A DNA stretch of 19,546 nt from Nitrospira japonica (GTDB taxonomy: Bacteria; Nitrospirota; Thermodesulfovibrionia; Thermodesulfovibrionales; SM23-35). The stretch's first letter is position 1. Each line of letters begins with the position of its first letter. A model generated the notes under the pieces. That model searched no databases, was not told the origin of the DNA, and saw only the letters and a list, made by a program, of their open reading frames with translations. The stretch is taken from assembly GCA_020725385.1 (NCBI GenBank), contig DYFC01000045.1, positions 1-19,546 of the forward strand, written 5' to 3'. Below, in pieces: positions 8,013 through 16,611 of this stretch. Position numbers and translations under genes: made by a program.

Positions 8013-10467
8013 TCCTCAAACAGTTGAGTTAAAATGGCAAAATTATTGGGCAGAAAAAAATCTTCATAAAACAGAGTTGTCTGCCAGAAAACAAAATTTC
8101 TATTGTCTTGAAATGTTTCCTTATCCATCAGGCGAGATACACATGGGTCATGTAAGGAACTACTCCATTGGAGATGTTATCGCAAGATATAAAAAAATGC
8201 GTGGTTTTAATGTGTTGCATCCTATGGGATGGGACTCTTTTGGCCTTCCTGCTGAAAATGCTGCGATTAAACATAATGTGCATCCTTCGGACTGGACTTA
8301 TAAAAATATAGAAAAAATGAAAAGTCAGCTTAACAGAATGGGATTTAGTTATGACTGGGAAAGAGAAGTAACAACATGTAATCCTGAATATTATAAATGG
8401 AATCAGTGGTTTTTTTTGAAGATGCTCGAGAAAGGGCTTGCGTATCGTAAATATTCTTATGTTAACTGGTGTCCTTCCTGTGCAACAGTTCTTGCAAATG
8501 AACAGGTAATAGATGAAAAATGCTGGCGTTGCGATAGCCTTGTGGTACAGAAGAAACTTGAGCAGTGGTTCTTTAAGATAACAAAATATGCAGAAGAGCT
8601 TTTACTTGGTTGCGATGAACTTACTGGCTGGCCTGAAAGAGTTGTGCTTATGCAGAAAAACTGGATCGGAAAGGGAGAAGGAGTAGAGGTTGATTTTGAG
8701 ATTGAAGGAACTGAAGAGAAATTAAGAATTTTCACAACAAGACCTGATACTTTGTTTGGAGTGACTTTTATGTGTGTGGCGCCCGAACATCCGGTCCTCG
8801 AAAAAATGCTTTCCGATATGAGCGCTCTTGAATCACTCAAATCAAAGTATGGAAAGGAGACCGAGAAAATCGGATTTTTTACAGGTTATTACGCGATTAA
8901 TCCAATGAATGGTGATAGAGTTCCGGTATATGCTGCAAATTTTGTGCTTATGGAATATGGAACAGGTGCGATTATGTCTGTTCCTGCTCATGACCAGCGT
9001 GATTTCGAATTTGCAGAAAAATATAATCTGCCTGTTAAGGTAGTGATAATTCCGGAAGAAAAATTTGATTTAAGTAATCCCGAATCTATGGTCTTGAATG
9101 AAGCTTATGAAGAAGAAGGAATTCTTGTTAATTCAGGCCAATTTACCGGTATGGATAGCAGAAAAGCAAAACAGGAAATTATGAAATATATTGAGGAGAA
9201 GAATCTTGGCAAGAGAGTTGTCAATTATAAACTTCGTGATTGGGGCATATCAAGGCAGAGATACTGGGGCACACCCATACCAGTAATTTATTGTGATAAA
9301 TGTAGTGTTGTACCTGTTCCTGAAAAAGATTTGCCTGTAATACTTCCTGAAAATATAAAAATAACAGGTAAAGGCAGTTCCCCTTTGCTTGAATTAGAAG
9401 AATTTTTAAACACTAAATGCCCGAAGTGCGAAGCAAATGCAAGGCGTGAAACCGATACAATGGATACTTTTGTAGATTCATCATGGTATTTCATAAGGTA
9501 CTGCTTTAAGAAAGGAGATATTGATTTATATTCTGAACTTAAATCTCCTGATTCTGAGTTTAACAAATGGATGCCTGTTGACCAGTATATCGGTGGTGTT
9601 GAACACGCTGTTTTACATCTTCTTTATTCACGCTTTTTTACACGGGTTATTAGAGATTTGGGACTTATTAATATAAGCGAGCCTTTTCAGAATCTTCTAA
9701 CCCAGGGAATGGTTATAAAAGATGGCGCAAAGATGTCTAAATCAAAAGGAAATGTAGTTGATCCTAATTATCTGATTGAAAAATATGGTGCGGATACATC
9801 AAGACTTTTCTCCCTTTTTGCTGCTCCTCCTGAAAAAGACCTTGACTGGTCTGACAAAGGTGTTGATGGAGCATATAGATTCTTAAATAGATTATGGAAT
9901 ATTGTTTTCAAATATCACCAAAGATTTCAAAGTCAGACAAAATGGCAGATAAAGAGCATATCCGATCTTCAACCTTCTACTGTTCCGTTATACAGGAAAG
10001 CACATCAAACCATAAAAAAAGTCACAACAGATATTGAAAGAGAATATCATTTTAACACTGCCATTGCATCATTGATGGAACTCGTAAATGAAATATCTGC
10101 ATTTGAGCCTGATTCAGAGGAAAAACTTGAAGTTTTACGTTTTGCGATTGAAGCGCTTCTTTTGCTTTTGTCTCCATTTTCTCCCCATATCGCAGAAGAA
10201 TTATGGGAAGCGATTGGGAATAAACCGAGCATATTCGAACAGAAATGGCCTGAATGGGATGAAGTAGCTGCAAAAGAGGAACAGATAGAACTTGTTGTGC
10301 AGGTCAACGGAAAAGTCCGTTCAAAGATTATGATTAATGCAGGTATATCTGATGATGAAATTGAAAAAGTAGCGCTCGAAGACCGAAAGATAAAGGAGAT
10401 AATAGGGGGCAAAACTATAAAAAAGATCTTAATTGTGAAGGGAAAACTCGTAAATATAGTTATCTAA
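7996..10467 (+). CDS. leuS: Leucine--tRNA ligase (likely start TTG 7996)
   Basis: MFPYPSGEIHMGH, TTRPDT and GTGAIMSVPAHDQRD (CP1 editing domain), RDWGISRQRYWG, KMSKS. (M)EEKYNPQTVELKWQ is the usual N-terminus, with AGGGAG at 7980-7985. Confidence 0.98.
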   Translation: MEEKYNPQTVELKWQNYWAEKNLHKTELSARKQNFYCLEMFPYPSGEIHMGHVRNYSIGDVIARYKKMRGFNVLHPMGWDSFGLPAENAAIKHNVHPSDWTYKNIEKMKSQLNRMGFSYDWEREVTTCNPEYYKWNQWFFLKMLEKGLAYRKYSYVNWCPSCATVLANEQVIDEKCWRCDSLVVQKKLEQWFFKITKYAEELLLGCDELTGWPERVVLMQKNWIGKGEGVEVDFEIEGTEEKLRIFTTRPDTLFGVTFMCVAPEHPVLEKMLSDMSALESLKSKYGKETEKIGFFTGYYAINPMNGDRVPVYAANFVLMEYGTGAIMSVPAHDQRDFEFAEKYNLPVKVVIIPEEKFDLSNPESMVLNEAYEEEGILVNSGQFTGMDSRKAKQEIMKYIEEKNLGKRVVNYKLRDWGISRQRYWGTPIPVIYCDKCSVVPVPEKDLPVILPENIKITGKGSSPLLELEEFLNTKCPKCEANARRETDTMDTFVDSSWYFIRYCFKKGDIDLYSELKSPDSEFNKWMPVDQYIGGVEHAVLHLLYSRFFTRVIRDLGLINISEPFQNLLTQGMVIKDGAKMSKSKGNVVDPNYLIEKYGADTSRLFSLFAAPPEKDLDWSDKGVDGAYRFLNRLWNIVFKYHQRFQSQTKWQIKSISDLQPSTVPLYRKAHQTIKKVTTDIEREYHFNTAIASLMELVNEISAFEPDSEEKLEVLRFAIEALLLLLSPFSPHIAEELWEAIGNKPSIFEQKWPEWDEVAAKEEQIELVVQVNGKVRSKIMINAGISDDEIEKVALEDRKIKEIIGGKTIKKILIVKGKLVNIVI

Positions 10468-10479
10468 TTAAGGTATAAT

Positions 10480-11022
10480 ATGAAAATGAAAAATTTGGTT
10501 AAGAATGAGATTAGTTATCAAACACAAAAAATTTTTTGTTTTTTATTCCTGATTTTAATTATCTTCTTTTCACAGTTTTCGGGATGCGGATATGCAATAC
10601 ATAAAAAATCCGAACTACCATTCGATGCGATTCAGATAACAAGAATTGAGAATAAGACTCTTGAGCCAAAACTTCAGGACAGACTTTATAATGCAATAAC
10701 TGCAGAGTTTCTTAAACAGGGAATATCTGTACAGAAAAATACCGGTTATAAACTCAATGGAACAATTAAGAAGTTTGAATTAAAGGTTCTTTCCGAGAAA
10801 TCTGACGTAGCAGTTGAGTATGAAGTCACGATTATAGGTGATTTTAAACTTATTGACCCTGATGGAAAGACAAAAGAGTTCAAAAATATCGGTTCTCCTT
10901 TTATTGTTTCCTTTTCTGGAACAGGACTTTTAAATGAGCTAATAGCAAATAAAGAGAATATTACAGAAAAAGCTGTAAAAGACATGGCAGCAGATATTGT
11001 TGCAACCATTATCTATAGATGA
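10480..11022 (+). CDS. lptE: LPS assembly lipoprotein LptE family
   Basis: Hydrophobic signal with lipobox FSG-C-GY, 'ENKTLEPKLQDRL' pattern, and classic leuS-lptE-holA synteny. Confidence 0.82.
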   Translation: MKMKNLVKNEISYQTQKIFCFLFLILIIFFSQFSGCGYAIHKKSELPFDAIQITRIENKTLEPKLQDRLYNAITAEFLKQGISVQKNTGYKLNGTIKKFELKVLSEKSDVAVEYEVTIIGDFKLIDPDGKTKEFKNIGSPFIVSFSGTGLLNELIANKENITEKAVKDMAADIVATIIYR

Positions 11023-11933
11023 GCTATCAAACATTCTTAAATGAGATAGAAAAAGGTTTGCCATCACAAGTCTATTTGTTTTATTCTTCAGATTCATTCC
11101 TTATTAGAGAAGCAATAGAAGCTATTAAGAAAATTGTTCCTGAAAATGATATGGACTTTAATTTCCATATATATGATCTTTCAGATGAAGAAGTTCCTTC
11201 AATCCAACAAATTTTAGATGTTACAAATACTTTTTGTTTTTTTAATGGCCGGAGATTTACATTATTAAGTGGCAATCTTTTGAAAATTTCAAAAAAAGAC
11301 ATTGAAAAACTTAATGCATATATTTCATCCCCTGCGCCCTCGTCGGTATTAATACTACTTCATAATGGGACTGTTAAAAAAGATGCTTTAGAAAAGTTCG
11401 GGGTTAAGAAAATTATATCCCTTGATATAAAAGAACAGGATATACCTGAATGGATTAAGAAACGCATAAAAATAAAAGAGCTTGAAATTTCTGATGATGC
11501 AGTTAGTTGTTTAATAGCCAGTTCAGGAACAGATCTTGGACTTCTTGCATCCGAAATAGAAAAGATTTCAATGCTGGGGAAAAAGAAGATAACTTATAAT
11601 GATATTTCGGATATTCTTGCCGGAGGCAGATTATATAATGTTTTTGACCTTGTTTATGCTATTAGCGCAAAAAATCCTGATAAGGTCTTTAAAATCTACA
11701 AAAGCCTCAGAGAAACGATTGACGATTATAGTCTTATAGGAGCACTTAACTGGCAATATGGCAGAAGCATTCCGGCTAATAAAAATGAAGAAGGAAGCAG
11801 CCTCTCATTTAAGATATTTGAACTTTTAAACAAAGTTGATATTGATATAAAAAGCTCTGGAAGAAACTTTCCTGTTGAATATCTTCTTATTAAGCTGCTC
11901 CGGCTTCAGGTAGATCGGGTTTCTGTAAAATAG
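11019..11933 (+). CDS. holA: DNA polymerase III delta subunit
   Basis: VYLFYSSDSFL N-terminus, GTDLGLLASEIEKI, NVFDLVYAI. Lies between lptE and a convergent rpsT, with an ATGA overlap with lptE. Confidence 0.9.
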   Translation: MSYQTFLNEIEKGLPSQVYLFYSSDSFLIREAIEAIKKIVPENDMDFNFHIYDLSDEEVPSIQQILDVTNTFCFFNGRRFTLLSGNLLKISKKDIEKLNAYISSPAPSSVLILLHNGTVKKDALEKFGVKKIISLDIKEQDIPEWIKKRIKIKELEISDDAVSCLIASSGTDLGLLASEIEKISMLGKKKITYNDISDILAGGRLYNVFDLVYAISAKNPDKVFKIYKSLRETIDDYSLIGALNWQYGRSIPANKNEEGSSLSFKIFELLNKVDIDIKSSGRNFPVEYLLIKLLRLQVDRVSVK

Positions 11934-12204
11934 CATTAACCTTCTTTGAAAGACGTGATATCTTTCTTGAAGCAGTGTTTTTATGAAGAACACCCTTTGA
12001 TGCTGCCTTGCTTATAGCTTTTATCGCATTTTTAAGCTCGTTTACTGATTCCTCAATGTTTTTTGCCGAGATAGCAGCCTCTACTTTTTTAACAATATTC
12101 TTAATAGATGTTTTAATAGATCTGTTCTTAAGATTTCTTTTTTCAGCCTGCCTTGCTCTTTTCATAGCAGACAGATTTTTCTTTGGTCTTGCTTTTGCTG
12201 GCAA
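11890..12204 (-). CDS. rpsT: 30S ribosomal protein S20 (TTG start)
   Basis: SAMKRARQAEKRNLKNRSIKT...KAASKGVLHKNTASRKISRL. GGAGG SD 7 nt before the TTG. Confidence 0.97.
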   Translation of the reverse strand: MPAKARPKKNLSAMKRARQAEKRNLKNRSIKTSIKNIVKKVEAAISAKNIEESVNELKNAIKAISKAASKGVLHKNTASRKISRLSKKVNAILQKPDLPEAGAA

Positions 12205-12293
12205 CTCAAATCCTCCTTTTTATATGAAAATAAATAATAACATAGAATACGGTAATAAAATCAACATTTTTTTAAAAATGGGACAGTCAGGAA

Positions 12294-12782
12294 TCATATT
12301 TCTGCTTCTATACTAAGTATCCGGTAATTCGATGGATTATTTTTTATCTTTTCTAACATTTTTTCGGAAACCCAATGAGAATCCTCTTCGAGATTATAGA
12401 AATAGGTATCTATTCCAAAAAAACCATCCATGAAATGTGTGATGACATGCAACATCTTGGTCTTGTATCCCTGAGGCAAAGCTATTATATCATCAAGACT
12501 TGAAATATTCTCTGATTTTATTTCCTCTGATAACTCGTAAATTATCTGACGGTTTTTTGAAATAGCTGCCTGTAACCTTTCATCAAAATTCCTATCTGTC
12601 GCAGAAATGGCAGAAGATTCGAGCATATTAATATTTGAATAACGGACAAGTTGATAGCGCTCAAAAAAAATCAAGACCCGTTTTTTTGCTGACTCAAAGT
12701 CAAAGCCTTTTACAAGAATCTCATGATAATATCTTGATTTTCCGAGATCGAGCTCTCTTGATAAAATATCATGTGTTTTCAT
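12294..12782 (-). CDS. Hypothetical protein
   Basis: 162-aa ORF filling the gap, with globular composition and a motif-like segment HFMDGFFGIDTYFYNLEEDSHW. No family recognised. Confidence 0.75.
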   Translation of the reverse strand: MKTHDILSRELDLGKSRYYHEILVKGFDFESAKKRVLIFFERYQLVRYSNINMLESSAISATDRNFDERLQAAISKNRQIIYELSEEIKSENISSLDDIIALPQGYKTKMLHVITHFMDGFFGIDTYFYNLEEDSHWVSEKMLEKIKNNPSNYRILSIEAEI

Positions 12783-12944
12783 TGTATTTAATATTTTATA
12801 TTAAATGTATTTGAAAAAGAAATTTTACTGCAACATCTGTGTTATTGTAACTGCATTTTCGGGGTTGAGCAATGTATGTATTTCGTATTAAAGATTTGGG
12901 ATATATGCGAAAAATTGTTTTATATTATGTTAATATGTATGACT

Positions 12945-13889
12945 ATGAACAAAATAAAACCTATTTCTTTGAATAAGGTTAAGACATTTTCGATCATGAA
13001 TAGAAGAAGTAAAGTTTCTCTAATATCACAGGCTTCTGTTTTCAATAAAGGGCAGACATTCAAAGTATTTATCGAAAAACTGCCCGATATTCTTGCTGCA
13101 AGGGATTTTAAATCTGTAGTAGATTCTATAGTTTTAGCCAGGAATAAGAATAAACATGTAGTTCTGGGCATGGGAGCGCATCCTATAAAAGTTGGCCTTT
13201 CCCCTTTAATTATTGATTTAATGCAAAAAAGAGTTATTACTGCTCTGGCAACAAACGGAGCATGTATAATTCATGACTTTGAGCTGTCTTTTATAGGAAG
13301 AACTTCCGAAGATGTTGCAAAAGAGATTTTATCTGGTTCATTCGGGATGGCTAAAGAAACAGGCGTTTATCTTAACAAAGCAATAAAAAAGGGCATTAAA
13401 TACGGTAAAGGCATAGGTGAATCAGTCGGTGAAATGATTTATAAAAGTAAATTCCGGTTCAAAGAACATAGTATTTTTGGTAATGCTTTTAATATGAACA
13501 TACCTGCAACGGTACATGTTGCAATTGGCACCGACATAATACATATGCATCCGGAAACCGATGGTCAGGCAATAGGCTCGGGAAGTTTTACAGACTTTAA
13601 AATACTCACTTCGGTTGTTTCTGACCTTGAAGGAGGCGTTTACATAAATCTCGGCTCTGCAGTAATTCTTCCTGAGGTTTTTCTAAAAGCTCTGACATTA
13701 GCAAGAAATCTCGGGCATAAGGTTGAAAATATAACAACAATTAATATGGATTTCATTCAACATTACAGACCATCTGTGAATGTGTTGCATAGACCTACAT
13801 TGAATAAAGGCAATTCATACGCATTAACAGGACATCATGAAATAATGTTCCCTCTTCTTGCTGCTGCTGTTATTGAAAGAATAGGTTGA
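12945..13889 (+). CDS. Conserved protein with a deoxyhypusine-synthase-like fold (start uncertain: 12939/12945 more likely than 12876)
   Basis: MGAHPIKVGLSPLIIDLM, ATNGACIIHDFE, TSEDV, FGMAKETG, HVAIGTDIIHMHP, NLGSAVILPEVFLK, GHHEIMFPLL. The layout resembles DHS-like NAD-binding proteins (inference). Confidence 0.65.
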   Translation: MNKIKPISLNKVKTFSIMNRRSKVSLISQASVFNKGQTFKVFIEKLPDILAARDFKSVVDSIVLARNKNKHVVLGMGAHPIKVGLSPLIIDLMQKRVITALATNGACIIHDFELSFIGRTSEDVAKEILSGSFGMAKETGVYLNKAIKKGIKYGKGIGESVGEMIYKSKFRFKEHSIFGNAFNMNIPATVHVAIGTDIIHMHPETDGQAIGSGSFTDFKILTSVVSDLEGGVYINLGSAVILPEVFLKALTLARNLGHKVENITTINMDFIQHYRPSVNVLHRPTLNKGNSYALTGHHEIMFPLLAAAVIERIG

Positions 13890-13912
13890 GTTTTGTCTCT
13901 GTGCTTTAATTC

Positions 13913-14344
13913 ATGAAATACTTCCAGAAATTAAAAGCCCTTATAATAAACTTTACCAAAAAGGGTATGACCCCGCATGAAATCTCAATCGGGTTTGCTG
14001 TTGGAATACTTGTAGCTTTTGTGCCTGTTTTTGGAACGCATACTATTATAGCCTTGAGTCTTTCGGCTATTTTCAGACTAAATCCCATAATTGTTTTATT
14101 ATCCACTCAGGTTTCAAATCCAATCACTTATCCGTTTCAATTATTCATATGTGCTGAAGTAGGTAATATAATTCTAAAGGGATATTTACTTGAAATTACA
14201 TTTTCAAAAGACGTTAATTTACTATCCCATTATCTCTGGCCAATTGTTATAGGAAGTGTCATTCTCGGTATCCCGGCTTCATCGGTTTCTTATTTTCTTC
14301 TAAAATGGATTCTTAATAAACGTCAAAAGAAAGATAAAAATTGA
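13913..14344 (+). CDS. DUF2062-family membrane protein
   Basis: TPHEISIGFAVG...P.FGTHT...RLN...VSNPIT pattern with several TM segments. Confidence 0.85.
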   Translation: MKYFQKLKALIINFTKKGMTPHEISIGFAVGILVAFVPVFGTHTIIALSLSAIFRLNPIIVLLSTQVSNPITYPFQLFICAEVGNIILKGYLLEITFSKDVNLLSHYLWPIVIGSVILGIPASSVSYFLLKWILNKRQKKDKN

Positions 14345-14432
14345 TCTGGTAACGGGCCTTTAAACTCTCGAATAATGCATTTTTTCTGGCTAATTTTTGT
14401 TTTAAAATAGAAAATATTTCTGTAAAAATATT

Positions 14433-14441
14433 TGATATAAT
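14433..14441 (+). promoter_or_regulatory. Extended -10 promoter element for asnS
   Basis: TG-A-TATAAT about 45 nt upstream of the asnS ATG. Confidence 0.55.
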
Positions 14442-14486
14442 TTACACAGTCATTTTGAATGAATTTCAACCTTTAAAGGGAACATT

Positions 14487-15872
14487 ATGGAAAGATTATT
14501 AATTAAAGACGTGTTGTCAGACAAATTTATAGGCAAGCAGGTTATAGTCTGCGGCTGGATACGCACGAAGCGAGAATCGAAAGATTTTGCTTTTCTAATA
14601 ATTAGTGATGGTTCAACTCAGGATACTCTTCAGGTTGTAATTCCACATGAAGCTAATTGTTCCGAGCAAATCCAAAAATGTAATACCGGAGCATCTGTAA
14701 AAATAAAAGGATTCCTGAGGGAATCTCCGGCAAAAGGCCAGAGATATGAAGTGGAAGCACAAGAAATTGAAGTTATCGGGGAGTCTGACCCGGCAAAATA
14801 TCCCCTTCAGAAAAAAGGTCATACCCTTGAATTTCTCAGGGAGATAAGCCATCTCAGACCGCGCACGAATACTTTCGGAGCTATATTCAGAATTAGAAAT
14901 GTTCTTGCAAATGCGGTTCATAATTTTTTCCAGGATAGAGGATTTTTATGGGTTCATACTCCGATAATTACTTCGAGTGACTGTGAGGGAGCGGGAGAAC
15001 TATTTTCTGTAACTACTTTTGATTTTAAGAATATTCCCCGAAAAGATGATGTGGTAGATTTTTCTCAGGATTTTTTTGGCAAACCTGCGTATCTAACTGT
15101 TAGCGGTCAGCTTGAAGCTGAATTTCTTGCCTTATCACTTGGAAATGTCTATACATTCGGCCCGACTTTCAGGGCTGAAAATTCCAATACTACGAGGCAT
15201 CTTTCAGAATTCTGGATGATAGAGCCAGAAATGGCATTCGCGGATTTAAAGGATGACATGAAAATGGCAGAAGATTTTTTGCGCTATTTATTCAAAGAAG
15301 TTACCTTAAAATGTGAGAAAGAACTTTTATTTCTTCAAAATCAATATAAAAGAATTTCGCCGGATGAAATTTCAAAACTTTCAGATATTGCCTTTACACA
15401 TATTACATATACCGAGGCAATCAATGAACTTAAAAAATCCAAAGAGAATTTTCAATTTCCGGTTGATTGGGGGAATGATCTCCAGTCCGAACATGAAAGA
15501 TATATAACTGATAAAGTCATAGGAGGACCTGTAATAGTAACTGATTATCCAAAGGACATTAAGGCATTTTATATGAGGCTTAATGATGATGAAAAAACAG
15601 TTGCTGCAATGGATGTGCTTGTACCAAAGGTTGGCGAAATCATAGGTGGAAGCCAGCGCGAAGAAAGACTTGAAATCCTTGAAGAAAGGATGAGAAAAAC
15701 AGGTATTTCCATTGATAATCTTCAGTGGTATCTTGATCTTAGAAGGTTTGGGTCGGTTCCTCATGCCGGTTTTGGCTTGGGTTTTGAAAGGCTTGTGCAA
15801 TATATTACCGGTATGATTAATATAAGAGATGTTATACCATGCCCGAGAACACCCGGCGAAATCGGATTTTGA
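14487..15872 (+). CDS. asnS: Asparagine--tRNA ligase
   Basis: OB-fold start (GWIRTKR...DGS), YPLQKK, HLRPRTN, LTVSGQLEAE, FRAENSNTTRHLSEFWMIEPE, DLQSEHERY, PHAGFGLGFERL. Confidence 0.97.
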   Translation: MERLLIKDVLSDKFIGKQVIVCGWIRTKRESKDFAFLIISDGSTQDTLQVVIPHEANCSEQIQKCNTGASVKIKGFLRESPAKGQRYEVEAQEIEVIGESDPAKYPLQKKGHTLEFLREISHLRPRTNTFGAIFRIRNVLANAVHNFFQDRGFLWVHTPIITSSDCEGAGELFSVTTFDFKNIPRKDDVVDFSQDFFGKPAYLTVSGQLEAEFLALSLGNVYTFGPTFRAENSNTTRHLSEFWMIEPEMAFADLKDDMKMAEDFLRYLFKEVTLKCEKELLFLQNQYKRISPDEISKLSDIAFTHITYTEAINELKKSKENFQFPVDWGNDLQSEHERYITDKVIGGPVIVTDYPKDIKAFYMRLNDDEKTVAAMDVLVPKVGEIIGGSQREERLEILEERMRKTGISIDNLQWYLDLRRFGSVPHAGFGLGFERLVQYITGMINIRDVIPCPRTPGEIGF

Positions 15873-15934
15873 ATTATCCTAAATACATTATTTGAATCAA
15901 GTCTGATGTTTCCCTCCTTACCTTTTCATGTTGT

Positions 15935-15955
15935 AAGAGCAATATCTGCTTTTTT
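15935..15955 (+). terminator. Weak possible intrinsic terminator after asnS
   Basis: AAGAGCA-ATATC-TGCTTTT hairpin running into a T-tract. The stem is short and weak. Confidence 0.3.
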
Positions 15956-15965
15956 CGGCACTATA

Positions 15966-15974
15966 TGCTACAAT
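15966..15974 (+). promoter_or_regulatory. Extended -10 promoter element for atpZ-atpI-pgi
   Basis: TG-C-TACAAT just upstream of the AAGGA SD and ATG 15991. Confidence 0.5.
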
Positions 15975-15990
15975 TTATCAAAGGAAATTT

Positions 15991-16233
15991 ATGGCACTCT
16001 TTAATAAAGAATTTATGCAGGCATGGGTTGTGGGACTGAACCTTGTAATTTCCACAGTTGTTGGACTTGCAATGGGAATAGGTCTTGATTATTTAATGGA
16101 AAAATGGTTTGGCTGGAATACAAGACCATGGTTAACTGTAATTTTCTTGATTTTCGGTATAATAGCTGGATTCAAAGATCTATATATGATGGCTAAAAAG
16201 CAGAATGATCAATCTAATAAAAAAAGTTCATAG
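15991..16233 (+). CDS. AtpZ/AtpI family small membrane protein (ATPase gene 1)
   Basis: GLNLVISTVVGLAMGIGLD...T.PWLTVIFLIFGIIAGFKDLY, the typical AtpZ pattern with two TM helices. Confidence 0.88.
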   Translation: MALFNKEFMQAWVVGLNLVISTVVGLAMGIGLDYLMEKWFGWNTRPWLTVIFLIFGIIAGFKDLYMMAKKQNDQSNKKSS

Positions 16234-16591
16234 ACAGGCATTGATTTTTCTGATTATATTTGCAGCAGTTTCAACATTTATTACTGCATTTGCTTCTCTT
16301 GGTGACTGGAGAAAAATGCCACACAGCGTATTGATTGGTGGGTTACTCGGGTTAGCGAATTTCAAAGGCCTCGCATGGGGGCTAAAAGATTTCGCTATCC
16401 AGCAAAGACCAACAGGAAAATTAATCTTCTGGAGCATGGTGAGATTCTTTATTCTTGCTGCTATACTGGTAGTGCTTGCATTGCTTAAGTTGATAAATTT
16501 TATCGGAATTTTAATTGGCTTAACTGTTGTTTTTGCATTAATAATAAAAGAAGGTTATCGGGAAGTTAAACAACAATCTGAAAAAATTTAA
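16205..16591 (+). CDS. ATP synthase subunit I-like membrane protein
   Basis: Four TM helices with SVLIGGLLGLANF and 'VRFFIL...INFIGILIGL'. Overlaps the atpZ-like gene. Confidence 0.78.
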   Translation: MINLIKKVHRQALIFLIIFAAVSTFITAFASLGDWRKMPHSVLIGGLLGLANFKGLAWGLKDFAIQQRPTGKLIFWSMVRFFILAAILVVLALLKLINFIGILIGLTVVFALIIKEGYREVKQQSEKI

Positions 16592-16611
16592 CCAAAAATG
16601 TGAGGTAACCA

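Noticed and set aside
14345-14486. T-box or attenuator upstream of asnS (also considered for leuS)
   Set aside because: No T-box consensus (AGGGTGGNACCGCG) and the leader is too short. leuS has no leader at all.
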